Shown here piece after piece: positions 36,557 to 46,883 of a stretch of DNA of 64,000 bases. The position numbers and the translations under genes are program-made. A model generated the notes under the pieces. It worked only from the letters and a program-made list of their open reading frames with translations. It had not been told where the DNA came from and ran no database searches. This DNA comes from Basidiobolus meristosporus CBS 931.73 (taxonomy: Eukaryota > Fungi > Basidiobolomycota), in the NCBI GenBank assembly GCA_002104905.1, contig MCFE01000119.1, forward strand, positions 98,365 through 162,364, read 5' to 3'. The stretch's first letter is position 1. Each line of letters opens with the position of its first letter.

Positions 36557-37811
36557 ATGATAAAGATACAACTTCGCTGGAGGCTACGAACAGGCTACAT
36601 GTTACAGATGCTGACCATGCTGTTCTTTAGCTTTTGGCTAGCTTTCGCGATATCGGTCATGACATACAGTAACCGTTTACACCATGCAACCACTGAAATA
36701 TCCAGCGAACTATTCCTTTCCAAGAACGCCGCGGCCTGGCCCAGAGGCGAGGCTCGGTTTCTGCCAATATTGGTTCCAGTGTCGGAAAATATAGAGCATC
36801 TTGAGCAGCTGGTTGAAGGGTTGTTGGCCATGGACAATTTGAACAAGGTAACTTCCAGGTGGATATCTCACTCGGCTCTGACTTGGGGACTGACCTTTTC
36901 TAGACCATGGTGGTGTTCTCGCAAGAGGGAGACAGCAGGGAGATCGAGTATGTTATCCGCAACATCCCCGCCAGAATGAATGCGCTTTATCTACACCGTA
37001 GCAAACCCTCGTTTTCCATCACCTCGCTCTTTGCGACAAGATGGTTCCCGTCCCCCGGAAACATGGAGTTCCTGCTTTCGTTCGCGTTTGATTCGATGAA
37101 GGTAACCAACCAGCAGTCCCGTGCACCAACCTCGACAGCTTTGGTAAGATTTGATTTTAGGCGCCTGGGGCAATTGTATTACAAAGCGATCTACTCCCAT
37201 CAACCGATATGTACGATTACTTCGAGTGGTCCTTCCGAACTATCCTCCAAAACCCTAGCTTTTCCAACGTCCTGAGCATCAATGGATTCAACAAGGACCC
37301 GTATACCCTGGGGGATCTTTATCGTCTGACACCTGATCGTTTCAAGCCTCGCGGCTGGTGCATCTCCGCAGAGAAATGGCCATTGCTTCGGGGCCAATGG
37401 GCTGCGGCTGGTAACTGGGGGTATAACATCGAGCATAACGTCAGGATCCCATATCATATGGTCAGCCTGACCCCGATGGTTGCGCGGGTCCGCAATGTTC
37501 GCAAGCCGGTAAGTACTCTTGTGTGCTGCGCCATGGATTGTTGTGGTTTCTAACTGGTCTACGAACTTAGTTCCCCGACTTGCCAGAGCTCTTCACCGCT
37601 GACGACGCCCCATCCCCCAATGAGACCAGGCGTATATCATACGAGCAGGAAGAACCGTATCTTGTCATGTCTCGTTATGCTAAACTGGCCGTAAAAGGGT
37701 TTCGGTATCCCACCAGGTAAGAACGGCAGCAACGCAGCCTAGGCCGGACATTCACTCACCCCTTTGCCGTCTAGGAATAGCGAATTTGGGATATTCCGGC
37801 ATGAGTATTAG
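36557..37811 (+). CDS. Type II membrane GT-A glycosyltransferase, GnT-I/GnT-II (GT13/GT16, MGAT1/2)-like, 5 exons
   Basis: Exons ~36557-36847, 36905-37101, 37161-37508, 37571-37716, 37775-37811 splice in frame at GT-AG sites. Basic N-tail plus TM helix. ILVPV..HLEQLVEGL, TMVVFSQEG, AIVLQSDLLPSTDMYDYFEW, VLSINGFN, RGWCISAEKW, LTPMVARV match the order of GnT-I/II motifs as I recall them. Confidence 0.72.
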
Positions 37812-38814
37812 CGGGCCACTTTGGTAGCTTCGTCCACATTATTCTGCACCAGAGGCAACCGGTAGAGAGGGCAGCCCTATTGCGGAATCACCATGGCTTG
37901 CTCTCCTCCTATATGTCTCCTTTGCATGCTGATTCCCTCTATATTCGAGAACATTGCTCTATCACGCCACCATCCTCAGCGAGGTCACCCAGTATATACT
38001 CCACACAATAAATCGTAGATATCTTTTGAAACTGGGTTGTATTTTAGATAAGATTTGGTCAATGCCAAGGGGAGCAATGGTGGAGGCCATGATTTCACCT
38101 ACAAGTAGTGTTTAGGGATTGTTTTCATTTGTCTCAGGGATCTGGTGTCAATTCTTGGCCATGAAGGAGACTTTGCTAGTCTGCTGTGGGGAGGCCATCC
38201 AGTCCATGTCAACCACAACGTTGAGGGCATCTTATTGATCATTTGATGTCATCCCAGCCTACCAGTGACATAATCAAGAATGCACCAGTTGGATGCTCAT
38301 TCTCCAAGTAACATTATTAACTTTTATTATTAGCATGACTTCACTAGCAAGCTTAACTTCTATTGTCAGCATGACTTCACTATCAAGTGGATGACCATTG
38401 GTGGTGAATATTCGTAGTATATTTGACCATGTACAAAACATCCAGTCATGGCCAATGAGCTGATAGGTAATCTTATGTAAACACCGCCAAAAATGACAGG
38501 TGGCTTTTGCCCAACTCCACCAGTCTAGCTCGGAAAAGACCCAACAGCCTGCAGCTGACATCTCGCCGATACAGCTAGCGGGGTCGAAGAGTCTTGCCAA
38601 GCGATAACGTGAAACCTTGGGGCATTGTCGGATGCCTGCAGTAGTCAGCATGCGGCCGTCCATTAAAACATATTCGAGACTACATGAATTATGCGGAGAA
38701 TTATTGACTGAGGGGAGGGGGGCGATGGTGGGCGGTCCATAGCTGATACGTCTCCGTTTCGGCTTCGCCGATTGGGATCGAGGTCCAAAGGGTGTTGGAA
38801 ATCCATTCGCACAT

Positions 38815-39113
38815 GGTCCATTCGTGATCCATCGATTGCAGAATGGATCGGGTTCCCTTATTCAGCGGATCATGCAGCTGGATGTTGGACAAATTAAGCG
38901 ACCATTGGTTGATATGAGAGTTTTTGTAAGTGAAATGTTTCTATCAGTGTCCAAATCTGCTGATCCATTCGTGATTCCTCGATTGCAGAATTAATTGGCG
39001 AAAAAAAGGAGCGTAAGACATGTAGTCATTGGCTGGGTCTTTCCCCATTTTGATCCTACATCCCATCACCACCCCAGTGATCCATTCTACAATCGATGAA
39101 TGAGGAATGGACC
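38815..39113. repeat. Three copies of a ~35-bp imperfect palindrome (two direct, one inverted) upstream of the ATPase
   Basis: GGTCCATTCGTGATCCATCGATTGCAGAATGGATC (38815-38849); GATCCATTCGTGATTCCTCGATTGCAGAAT (38962-38991); reverse-complement copy 39079-39113. Confidence 0.8.
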
Positions 39114-39323
39114 GGAGCAATGATCTGGTGTAACTGATCCCTTTTTAATGTCTCTTTCCTGTATTGGGAATGTTGAGCAGCTGGCTTAGACAGCGTATTT
39201 ATAGACGGGTAAGATGACCGGTGGTCGCCTGAGATGAAATATCATTCCCTTCGCTCTATTATTTAATTCTTGTCTCGGAATTCATCTTTGACCGGATCGT
39301 CAATTGATCCTTCAACGTTCACA

Positions 39324-42300
39324 ATGTCGCGCAGTGCTCCAACACAGTCCTTTGATATCGAAAACGCTCCTCGGGCTGCCCCGCCTTCGTTCCGCGATGT
39401 GGAGCAGGAGAAGAGACGGGCACGCACCTTGGTCATAGAATTCAAGACGCTGCTTACCTACGTGAGAGAAATCATCACCAAGCGTGGCAATAGCAAGTCC
39501 GCAACGAAGGGCGGGCTTCCTCAGCATATCTCCAACCAGATTGGCCAGCATGAGGCCGATGTTGATTTCCATACAATCGATTCCTTAGTCCTCGCAGAGA
39601 GGCTAGATACCAACCTCAAGAGTGGATTGACCACTGCCGAGGCCCAGAGGAGGCTTGCCGAATGGGGCCCTAACGCACTGAGCCCACCGCCCTCCAGGCT
39701 TCTGGCCAAGCTCGCCAACTACTTTTTGGGCGGCTTCTGTTGGTTGCTGTGGATTGCTGCCGTGCTGGCCTTTCTGGCCTACAAGCCCATTGGAAATCCA
39801 AACCCTGACCCAACTAATCTGGGGCTTGGAATTGTCGTCTTGATTGTCATCTTCCTCCAAGCGGCATTCACAGCATACCAGGACTACTCGAGCGACAAGG
39901 TGATGAAGAGTGTCCAGTCGATGCTTCCCTCAAGTGCCACCGTGTTCCGTGATGGCTCGTGGTGTCCAATCTCTGCCATCGATTTGGTGGTGGGAGATCT
40001 GGTGAAGGTCAAATACGGAGTGAAGATTTCTGCAGACATTCGTTTGATCGACGTTGCTGAGATGCGCGTCGATCAATCTGTCCTCACCGGAGAGAGCGAG
40101 CCTGTGACCATGACCACCCATTCCACCTCGGCTACCTACCTCGAATCCCACAACATTGCCTTGATGGGCACGTTGGTGACCAACGGCGAGGGAGTAGGCG
40201 TTGTCATCGCCACTGGAGACGCCACCGTCATGGGCAAGATCGCCAAGCTCTCTTCCACCGGAACCGGCAAGAACGGTGGCATGGAGCAATCCTTGTTGCA
40301 GAAGGACATCGCCCTGTTCGTCCGGATCATCGCTTCCTTGGCCATCACCACCGGAGTCATCATCATGGTTGTGTGGGGGGCATGGCTTCGTCGCACCTAC
40401 CCCACATTCATCTCGTTATCCGAGGTGTTGGTGAATACCATTGGGGTGATCGTCGCGTTTGTGCCGGACGGCCTGCCATTTGCCATCACCCTCACGCTCA
40501 CCCTGGTTGCTCGTCGCATGGCCAGCAACAAGGTTTTGGTCAAGAACCTGTCGACGGTCGAGACATTGGGCGCAGTCAATGTGTTAGCCTCCGACAAGAC
40601 CGGCACTTTGACGCAGAACAAGATGGTCGTCAAGCACATCTGGATGAAAGGCAGCAGCTTCACAGTGGGCGAGTGTGGTGACCTTCTCCAGCAGCACAGT
40701 GGGATCCAGAAGTTCATGACCGTCACAGGACTATGCAACGGTGCGCAATTCACCCAGTCGGAGACACGTGACCCCGCCGGGGAGCGACCAGTGATAGGCG
40801 ATGCCACGGACATCGCTCTTTTAAGAGCCAGCGAGCAGGTCATTGGCATTGACAAGCTGCACGCGCAGTACTCTATTCTTCACGAGATCCCGTTCAACTC
40901 CCGCAACAAGTGGATGTTGACCCTAGCCAGGGCGAATCAGGGCGAGGCTGGGGAAGCCCAGGCCCCGGAGCTGTTCACCAAGGGCGCCCCCGACTTTTTG
41001 ATTGGGAAATGCACACATATCATGAGTCACACCGGGGAGGTCTCCCCACTAGATGCTGAGTCAATTCAGCGCTTGGAGAAGCAGCAAGAGCTATGGAGCA
41101 GCAATGGTGAGCGAGTCCTGTTGGTGTGTCGCAAGGTGGTGCAGGAGGAGAAGGAGATCCCAGTAGACTGGGAGGATGAATTCCTCGTCGACCGAGTCCG
41201 CAGCGGATTGTGTATTCTCGGCCTGGTTGGGATTGTGGACCCACCGAGGGAAGAGACCCTCAACGTCGTGCAAGTTTGCAGAGGAGCCGGCATTCGGTTA
41301 TTTATGGTCACTGGCGACCATGGTGCTACTGCAGCAGCCATCGCCAAGCAAGTTGGGATCTTCACCTACCCCGAACTCCATACCAGTGCCCATATCATGA
41401 ACGAGAGTGGCGTTACTGCCTTTGTCAATCCCCACGAAGCAGAGTCGACCCACACCAGCGATGATGATACCTCCACTCGTGTGGAGTCCATCGAAGTTGG
41501 AAACAGGGTCGCCCCTCTCGTCACCAACTTCCGGAAGGTGAGCCTTCTCCTTACCGGCAGCGACCTTCCCAATTTCATCGACAGCCACTGGGATCGCGTA
41601 TTCGAGTACGAGGAGATCGTGTTCTCCCGCACCACCCCGGAGCAGAAGCTTCGCATTGTAGAGGAATTCCGGTCTCGTGGCTCGGTAGTGGGGGTCACTG
41701 GGGACGGGGTGAATGATGCCCCCGCGTTGAAGCGCGCGCACATCGGTATCGCCATGGGTGGTGGTTCGGAGGTGGCAGTAGCGGCCGCACACATGGTTTT
41801 GTTGGACAACAACTTTAGCTCCATCTTGGTTAGTCTGGAAAGTGGGCGTCTGGTGTTTGAGAATCTCAAGAAGTGTCTGTTGTATATGCTTCCAGCTGGT
41901 TCGTTTGCCGAGATGATCCCGGTGCTGACCAACATGTTCTTTGGGCTTCCTCTGCCATTGAGCCCCTTCCTGATGTTGGTGATTTGCGTGTTGACTGATG
42001 TGCCACCGGCTATCGCTTTGGTGCTTGAGAAGCCCGAACGGGACCTTCTTAAGCGCAAGCCTAGGGATGCCAAGAACGACCGCCTGGTGAACTGGAGACT
42101 CCTGATCCATGCGTACTTCATGGTTGGTCTGATCGAAACCTTGGTCGGGCATATCCTTTACTTTTTCTTCATGACCACCCAGGGTGGGCTGCGCGTTAGC
42201 GATCTCTTCTTCGCATTCGATAAGTGGCAGGATGGATACCACGGGAAAACGGGCCAGGAACTCCAGGAGCTGACGTATGGAGGGCAGAGCGTGATGTTCA

Positions 42301-42617
42301 TCTCGTTAGTGATGTGTCAGGCGTTTGGTAACTTGCTCTCCACACGCACCCGGTATCTCTCCTTTTTCCAACACAACCCGCTGCAGCGGCCCACCCGCAA
42401 TTTGGGACTGGTCGTCGCCCAAGCACTTTCGTTGACCTTCGCCATCATCGTGGTCCATGTCCCCTTCTTCCAAGAGCAATTCAACACCCGCGCAGTACCT
42501 GCCGGTTATTGGTTCGCTCCATTGATCGGAGCGGTATTGATCTTCCTCCTGGACGAACTTCGTAAATTCACCTGTAGATCACGGCCAAAGGGAACATTGG
42601 CAAAGTTAGCCTGGTAA
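39324..42617 (+). CDS. P-type cation-transporting ATPase, P2C (Na+/K+, H+/K+ or fungal ACU)-like, intronless, ~1097 aa
   Basis: TGES, DKTGTLTQN, KGAPD, MVTGD, GDGVND motifs; TM4 VAFVPDGLP; TM5 YMLPAGSFAEMIP; C-terminal KLAW. First ATG at 39324 (the ORF track starts at an upstream TTG). Confidence 0.93.
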   Translation: MSRSAPTQSFDIENAPRAAPPSFRDVEQEKRRARTLVIEFKTLLTYVREIITKRGNSKSATKGGLPQHISNQIGQHEADVDFHTIDSLVLAERLDTNLKSGLTTAEAQRRLAEWGPNALSPPPSRLLAKLANYFLGGFCWLLWIAAVLAFLAYKPIGNPNPDPTNLGLGIVVLIVIFLQAAFTAYQDYSSDKVMKSVQSMLPSSATVFRDGSWCPISAIDLVVGDLVKVKYGVKISADIRLIDVAEMRVDQSVLTGESEPVTMTTHSTSATYLESHNIALMGTLVTNGEGVGVVIATGDATVMGKIAKLSSTGTGKNGGMEQSLLQKDIALFVRIIASLAITTGVIIMVVWGAWLRRTYPTFISLSEVLVNTIGVIVAFVPDGLPFAITLTLTLVARRMASNKVLVKNLSTVETLGAVNVLASDKTGTLTQNKMVVKHIWMKGSSFTVGECGDLLQQHSGIQKFMTVTGLCNGAQFTQSETRDPAGERPVIGDATDIALLRASEQVIGIDKLHAQYSILHEIPFNSRNKWMLTLARANQGEAGEAQAPELFTKGAPDFLIGKCTHIMSHTGEVSPLDAESIQRLEKQQELWSSNGERVLLVCRKVVQEEKEIPVDWEDEFLVDRVRSGLCILGLVGIVDPPREETLNVVQVCRGAGIRLFMVTGDHGATAAAIAKQVGIFTYPELHTSAHIMNESGVTAFVNPHEAESTHTSDDDTSTRVESIEVGNRVAPLVTNFRKVSLLLTGSDLPNFIDSHWDRVFEYEEIVFSRTTPEQKLRIVEEFRSRGSVVGVTGDGVNDAPALKRAHIGIAMGGGSEVAVAAAHMVLLDNNFSSILVSLESGRLVFENLKKCLLYMLPAGSFAEMIPVLTNMFFGLPLPLSPFLMLVICVLTDVPPAIALVLEKPERDLLKRKPRDAKNDRLVNWRLLIHAYFMVGLIETLVGHILYFFFMTTQGGLRVSDLFFAFDKWQDGYHGKTGQELQELTYGGQSVMFISLVMCQAFGNLLSTRTRYLSFFQHNPLQRPTRNLGLVVAQALSLTFAIIVVHVPFFQEQFNTRAVPAGYWFAPLIGAVLIFLLDELRKFTCRSRPKGTLAKLAW

Positions 42618-43899
42618 TCCTCGACTCCTACCTCTATACATCCTCCACTCGCCATTGTAAAAGTGTACCATATAATTCACCCTGTGTTCAATAAACTGAT
42701 TCGCTTAATCTATACGTGCCACGTGTGGTAATTTAGGCAGTGTTTAGGCAGTGGCATCACATGGGATTCAAGCCATAAGGCTATGCGGAAATGTGCCATA
42801 TTGGATATATGGCTATGGGCTATTTGGGCTTCCGAATTCTGGCCGATCGAAGGAATCATTCATTTCGTATTTATCGGCCCAGAAGCCGATGGATTCAACC
42901 CAATGGGAAGTAGGCCCAATCTGTGGAACAGACTAATTTCGACCATCCAAATCATTCCACTCCATACATCATTGGAACAATTCTCGTTTGGCGGTGATAC
43001 ACCTCTGGCTCACTTTCCATTTCCATTAAATCTATGGAACCCTTGGCGTTCTCACCGAGGCACACTGCCTAGGCAATCAGCAGGTATTCAGCAGGATCAC
43101 TGTAAATTCCCATCAGACAACTCCTCCAGATCTTTATCATGATCCCTCGGCGATAAATCCCAGAATCTCCCGATATTTCCAGGCATTGAATGTAAATTGG
43201 GGAGGGTTGTCAGTCAGTCAGTCAGTCTCTTCATCAACTGTTATCGCAATCAAACTCGACAGTCGTGACCATATTTGGCTTGGCGCGATCTCGTACTCTT
43301 GATGTTTGAAGGAAATTTTTTCAATTAGTAGCCGCCTGCTTTCGTCAGTATTCTAGTAATTTTGGTTGATTCGCTGAGAATGAGGTTATGAAGACAGCAG
43401 TGTATAACTGTCCAAATTCCTCCAAAAGTTCCCAACCATTGTACATGCCGAGTCTACCCAGCATAGCAATGCTTTGCTATTTTTCTGTACGCAATCCAGT
43501 GTATCTTCCTACGTGAAAAATCAGTGTTGAATTTCTAAAGTACCTCTGATATTTCTTCACTCATATATTGGCAAGTGGCAATTTATGAGATTGCCAAGAA
43601 TTAGGATTCAACAGCAGCATAACACCACTAGTAAGCTGTGCAAGTTGCGTTCAGAAAATCTTGGGTTTATACTACTTCCCGCATATTTGCTTTACTGAAA
43701 GTTTCTTGATAGTCATTATTATTGGATCATACCAGAGCACCACTTGAAGATTGCTTTGTTAGACAACTGAATTCTTCCCATGTCTTAAGCCTCTACTTGA
43801 ATGACTGATAAGAAATGTATTGACAGGTAAGGATTTAGTTTGTAAGTTAAGCTGAATGCCTTAAGAATGTCCTCCACCACCTTAAATTTGTGCAAAATA

Positions 43900-44740
43900 G
43901 GTTATGGTTGCCTAACCACTAAGTACTCAAGATATAATGCTTCAGTAGCTTTTCAACAGATCCTATGGCTTGCATACATGCCCTTGTGGCCTTTGTAAAT
44001 GCTGTTGCAAGAATCATGGAGGTACTGAAAGTGGTTGGGAGAACAAGTCAATATTGTAGTTTCACTGATTGATTTGATGATTGAGAGGTGTTATTTGTAC
44101 TTGACAATGTTAGCAAAGCCAACATATAGTATATGCTGTAAAGGTCACACAAGCATGTGAGCAAGATTTGGAGTAAATCCAAACAAAGAGTTTGGGTAAG
44201 AAATAACATGGATCCTAAACTGCAATCTAGGTGACCTAATAAAAGGAATATTCTGGCTTATATATAATATCTATAACAATAACCATGTAGCTTGTTATTA
44301 TTGATTGTAATGATTTATTCACTTAGGGGAGTATTGTAAAGCTATTGATACAATGCTTTAGCATGTTCAGCATATTAAACAGTAAGCTTATTTCTGCTCA
44401 AATTTTGTAGTTGCATATAAATATTCACTTAACTTACCAGCTTGGATCATGGACTACAAGTCTTAGAGAATTCCGTCTAAATTCCTGGTTGGGACTTACT
44501 TGGAATATTTCACCAAAATATCAAATACCCAGGAAATGAAAAATTGTGAGGTTGTCCAAGTGGCCCCAAACTTTGCACATATGCTGTTGGTATCTTTCTG
44601 AGTATATTCCACATGTTTGTCTTGCCAGCATCATGTAAAAGTATTTAATACTACTTTTACATTTGTTATCACATCAGGTCAAAATCTTATAATCATTGGT
44701 TCTCCCAATCACTTCCAACATCTCTAAAGCTCTTGCGGTA
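43900..44740. repeat. Cluster of old Copia-family LTR relics, including a PPT plus long-U3 LTR at ~44332-44740
   Basis: Diverged similarity to the young LTR in both orientations; TTAGGGGAG precedes TATTGTAAAG. Confidence 0.6.
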
Positions 44741-46149
44741 CATACCATGTGGCCCTTACTTTATGCTATATTGAGTGAAAAAGATGATTTTCAGACTTAC
44801 ACATTGTGCTGATAGAAAAAGTGGCATGGAATATACATTAGAAGGACTCAAAAATGTGTACAAAGTTTGGAGCTTTTGGACATGCTTGAGATTTTGATGC
44901 TCTGTACACCAGACATTCTGGTGAAAATATCTGAAGTGGATCCTCACAGCCAGAATGTCTCCATAGAACAATCCCTAAGAAAAAAATCAAGAAAAGGCCA
45001 GCAGAATACCATCAAAATATCAGCTGGATCCTAACTTTCCCAAGAGTGAGAACTCAATATCTCAGGTACTAGCTTCACAGCAGACATCCTTTCCAGGGGG
45101 AGACTAGGCCAATTAACATTTATACCAGATTTGGTAATCAGCTGCTCATTACTCCCGCCAAAAATTGCAACTGAAAATTTGAAGCAGAAACACCAGCTGA
45201 GTACCAGCAAAATACCATTAGAAGACCAGCAGAAGACCAGCTAAAAATCCCATGAATTCCAACTTTGAGATTTTTCATAGCAAATAGAGCCAACAACCTT
45301 TAAAGTTGACCAGTTCCCAGATGTCATGATCTCCGTATCAGCATATACATGGCCTACAACCAAGAATCCGTCCAACAGGTGTGAAGAATGATTTCATGCA
45401 ACCGAATATTTCCCACTTGCATCACCACAGTTCCCGGAACCAACAGGCAACCTTCACTCCGCTAGCATCCCAATCATACTCCAGACACTGCAACCCTAAT
45501 GCAAATCCAACACGTCTGTAGCCTTTTTTAGCACGGCACGGCAGGTTGGAAAATCCCTCGTCAAGGGCCATTTCCGGTAGAATACACCATCGTTGCCCCT
45601 GCAGCGCCTGGTAACCAGGAGTTATCGCGTGATGACCGAATTCCCTAACCTCCGTAGAACCCCAGGATCCCCTCGAGCGTTACCGTTCGAGACGGCAATC
45701 ACCTCGGACGCTCCTTTGAAATTGGCGGAATCTCCACCAGCCTCGGACTCAGTGATGCATCATTGGTTTGCCGAGGGCGTGGCAGGCGGGATGAAATTGG
45801 CTGGTGTGATTGATTTGATACCAATGTACGGATATGACGGGTGGCTCACACTCCAGACAATTTATCCAACATGCAGCGACTCGACAAATACTAGGTGAGT
45901 GAATGAAACATCCACTACGAGAGCGCGGTTGGCACAGAGGAATGCAATCTCATCGCTCGCCTATATTTAACGCTAAGCAGGTTTGGGTTGGTGCGCCTGG
46001 ATTGCTTGGTGGGCTTTGATTATCGTGAATACCGGCGTCATATAATTAGCCTCACCACCAGCCAATCAAGGGGGTGAGGCACATCAAGCGTGGTGGAAGT
46101 TACATGAGCCCCGCTATATAAACCACCATCGGAATCCAGTCCCCCCACA

Positions 46150-46723
46150 ATGAATCTCCCTTTCCCTTTCCCTGAGCACGAGATCCAGAATGGTGAGCCC
46201 GCATAGCTCCACCCTCCCCTCTCCAGAAGACTAATCCTGGCCTTGATTGCAGATCGCATCGACGGGTCCAAATGCATGGGCCACAAAGAAACCCCCACGC
46301 TGCTGAGTTTCGAGATCGAGGAGGTGAGTGGTTGGGTCGTCGCTTCAGGAAAGTAGAATCCATCGTTGACACCGCACTTGTTTCACCAGGCCTCTTCCCA
46401 GGGCACCGACGAGCTTGGTAAGTCGTTCGCAGTCTGACGCGTTGGAAATTCCCACTCACTCTCCTTCGCCAGAATTGAGGATCCGGGATTTTGCCTATCC
46501 AGAGAGTGATATACGCCATTGGGGCGAATACGCGGAGGATTCGGGGTTTGTCCTGGTGCGCGCGCTGTACGACTTCATTGCAGAGAACCCCAGCGAGCTC
46601 GGGTTCCGCGAGGGCGATCTCCTTCATATCCAGTACCAGCAGTGCGAAGGCTGGCTGGTCGGTTGCCATGAGGATGGGGTGGGGTTGGTCCCGGAGAGTT
46701 ATGTAGAATTGGTGGAATACTGA
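46150..46723 (+). CDS. NBP2: Small SH3-domain adaptor, NBP2/Skb5-like (4 exons)
   Basis: C-terminal SH3 VRALYDFIAENPSELGFREGDLL...EGWL...GLVPESYV, preceded by IRDFAY. Upstream exons (MNLPFPFPE.., DRIDGSK.., ASSQGTDEL) splice in frame via GT-AG introns. Confidence 0.7.
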
Positions 46724-46835
46724 GCTTTGCCTGGATTGCAGAGCGCAGTAACTAGACGGTCGGGGTTGAATCAGATAAATGAAGACTTTATGTGAAATTG
46801 ACTCTAGCTCAGTGTAATAAACAAAATCTAAGTAT

Positions 46836-46883
46836 TTAAACAACCACCTAAACAACCACTTAAACAACCACCTAAACAACTAC
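46836..46883 (-). repeat. 12-bp tandem repeat x4 (GTRGTTGTTTAR) spanning the WD40 gene stop codon
   Basis: Minus strand reads GTA GTT GTT TAG GTG GTT GTT TAA GTG GTT GTT TAG GTG GTT GTT TAA. Confidence 0.95.

Noticed and set aside
41298-42242. 314-aa and 251-aa antisense ORFs within the ATPase
   Set aside because: Expected antisense open frames of a GC-rich, codon-biased gene; no recognisable domain.
44990-45250. Recurring CCAGC(A/T)GAA(T/G)ACCA motifs
   Set aside because: Irregular and degenerate; probably a TE relic, and I cannot define unit or ends.
45593-45898. 101-codon ORF upstream of NBP2
   Set aside because: Non-ATG start in the track, no motif and no splice links found; left unannotated.
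46100-46879. 259-aa minus ORF starting MFRWLFKWLFRWLFK
   Set aside because: It begins inside the 12-bp repeat and runs antisense to NBP2; an artefact of the repeat.
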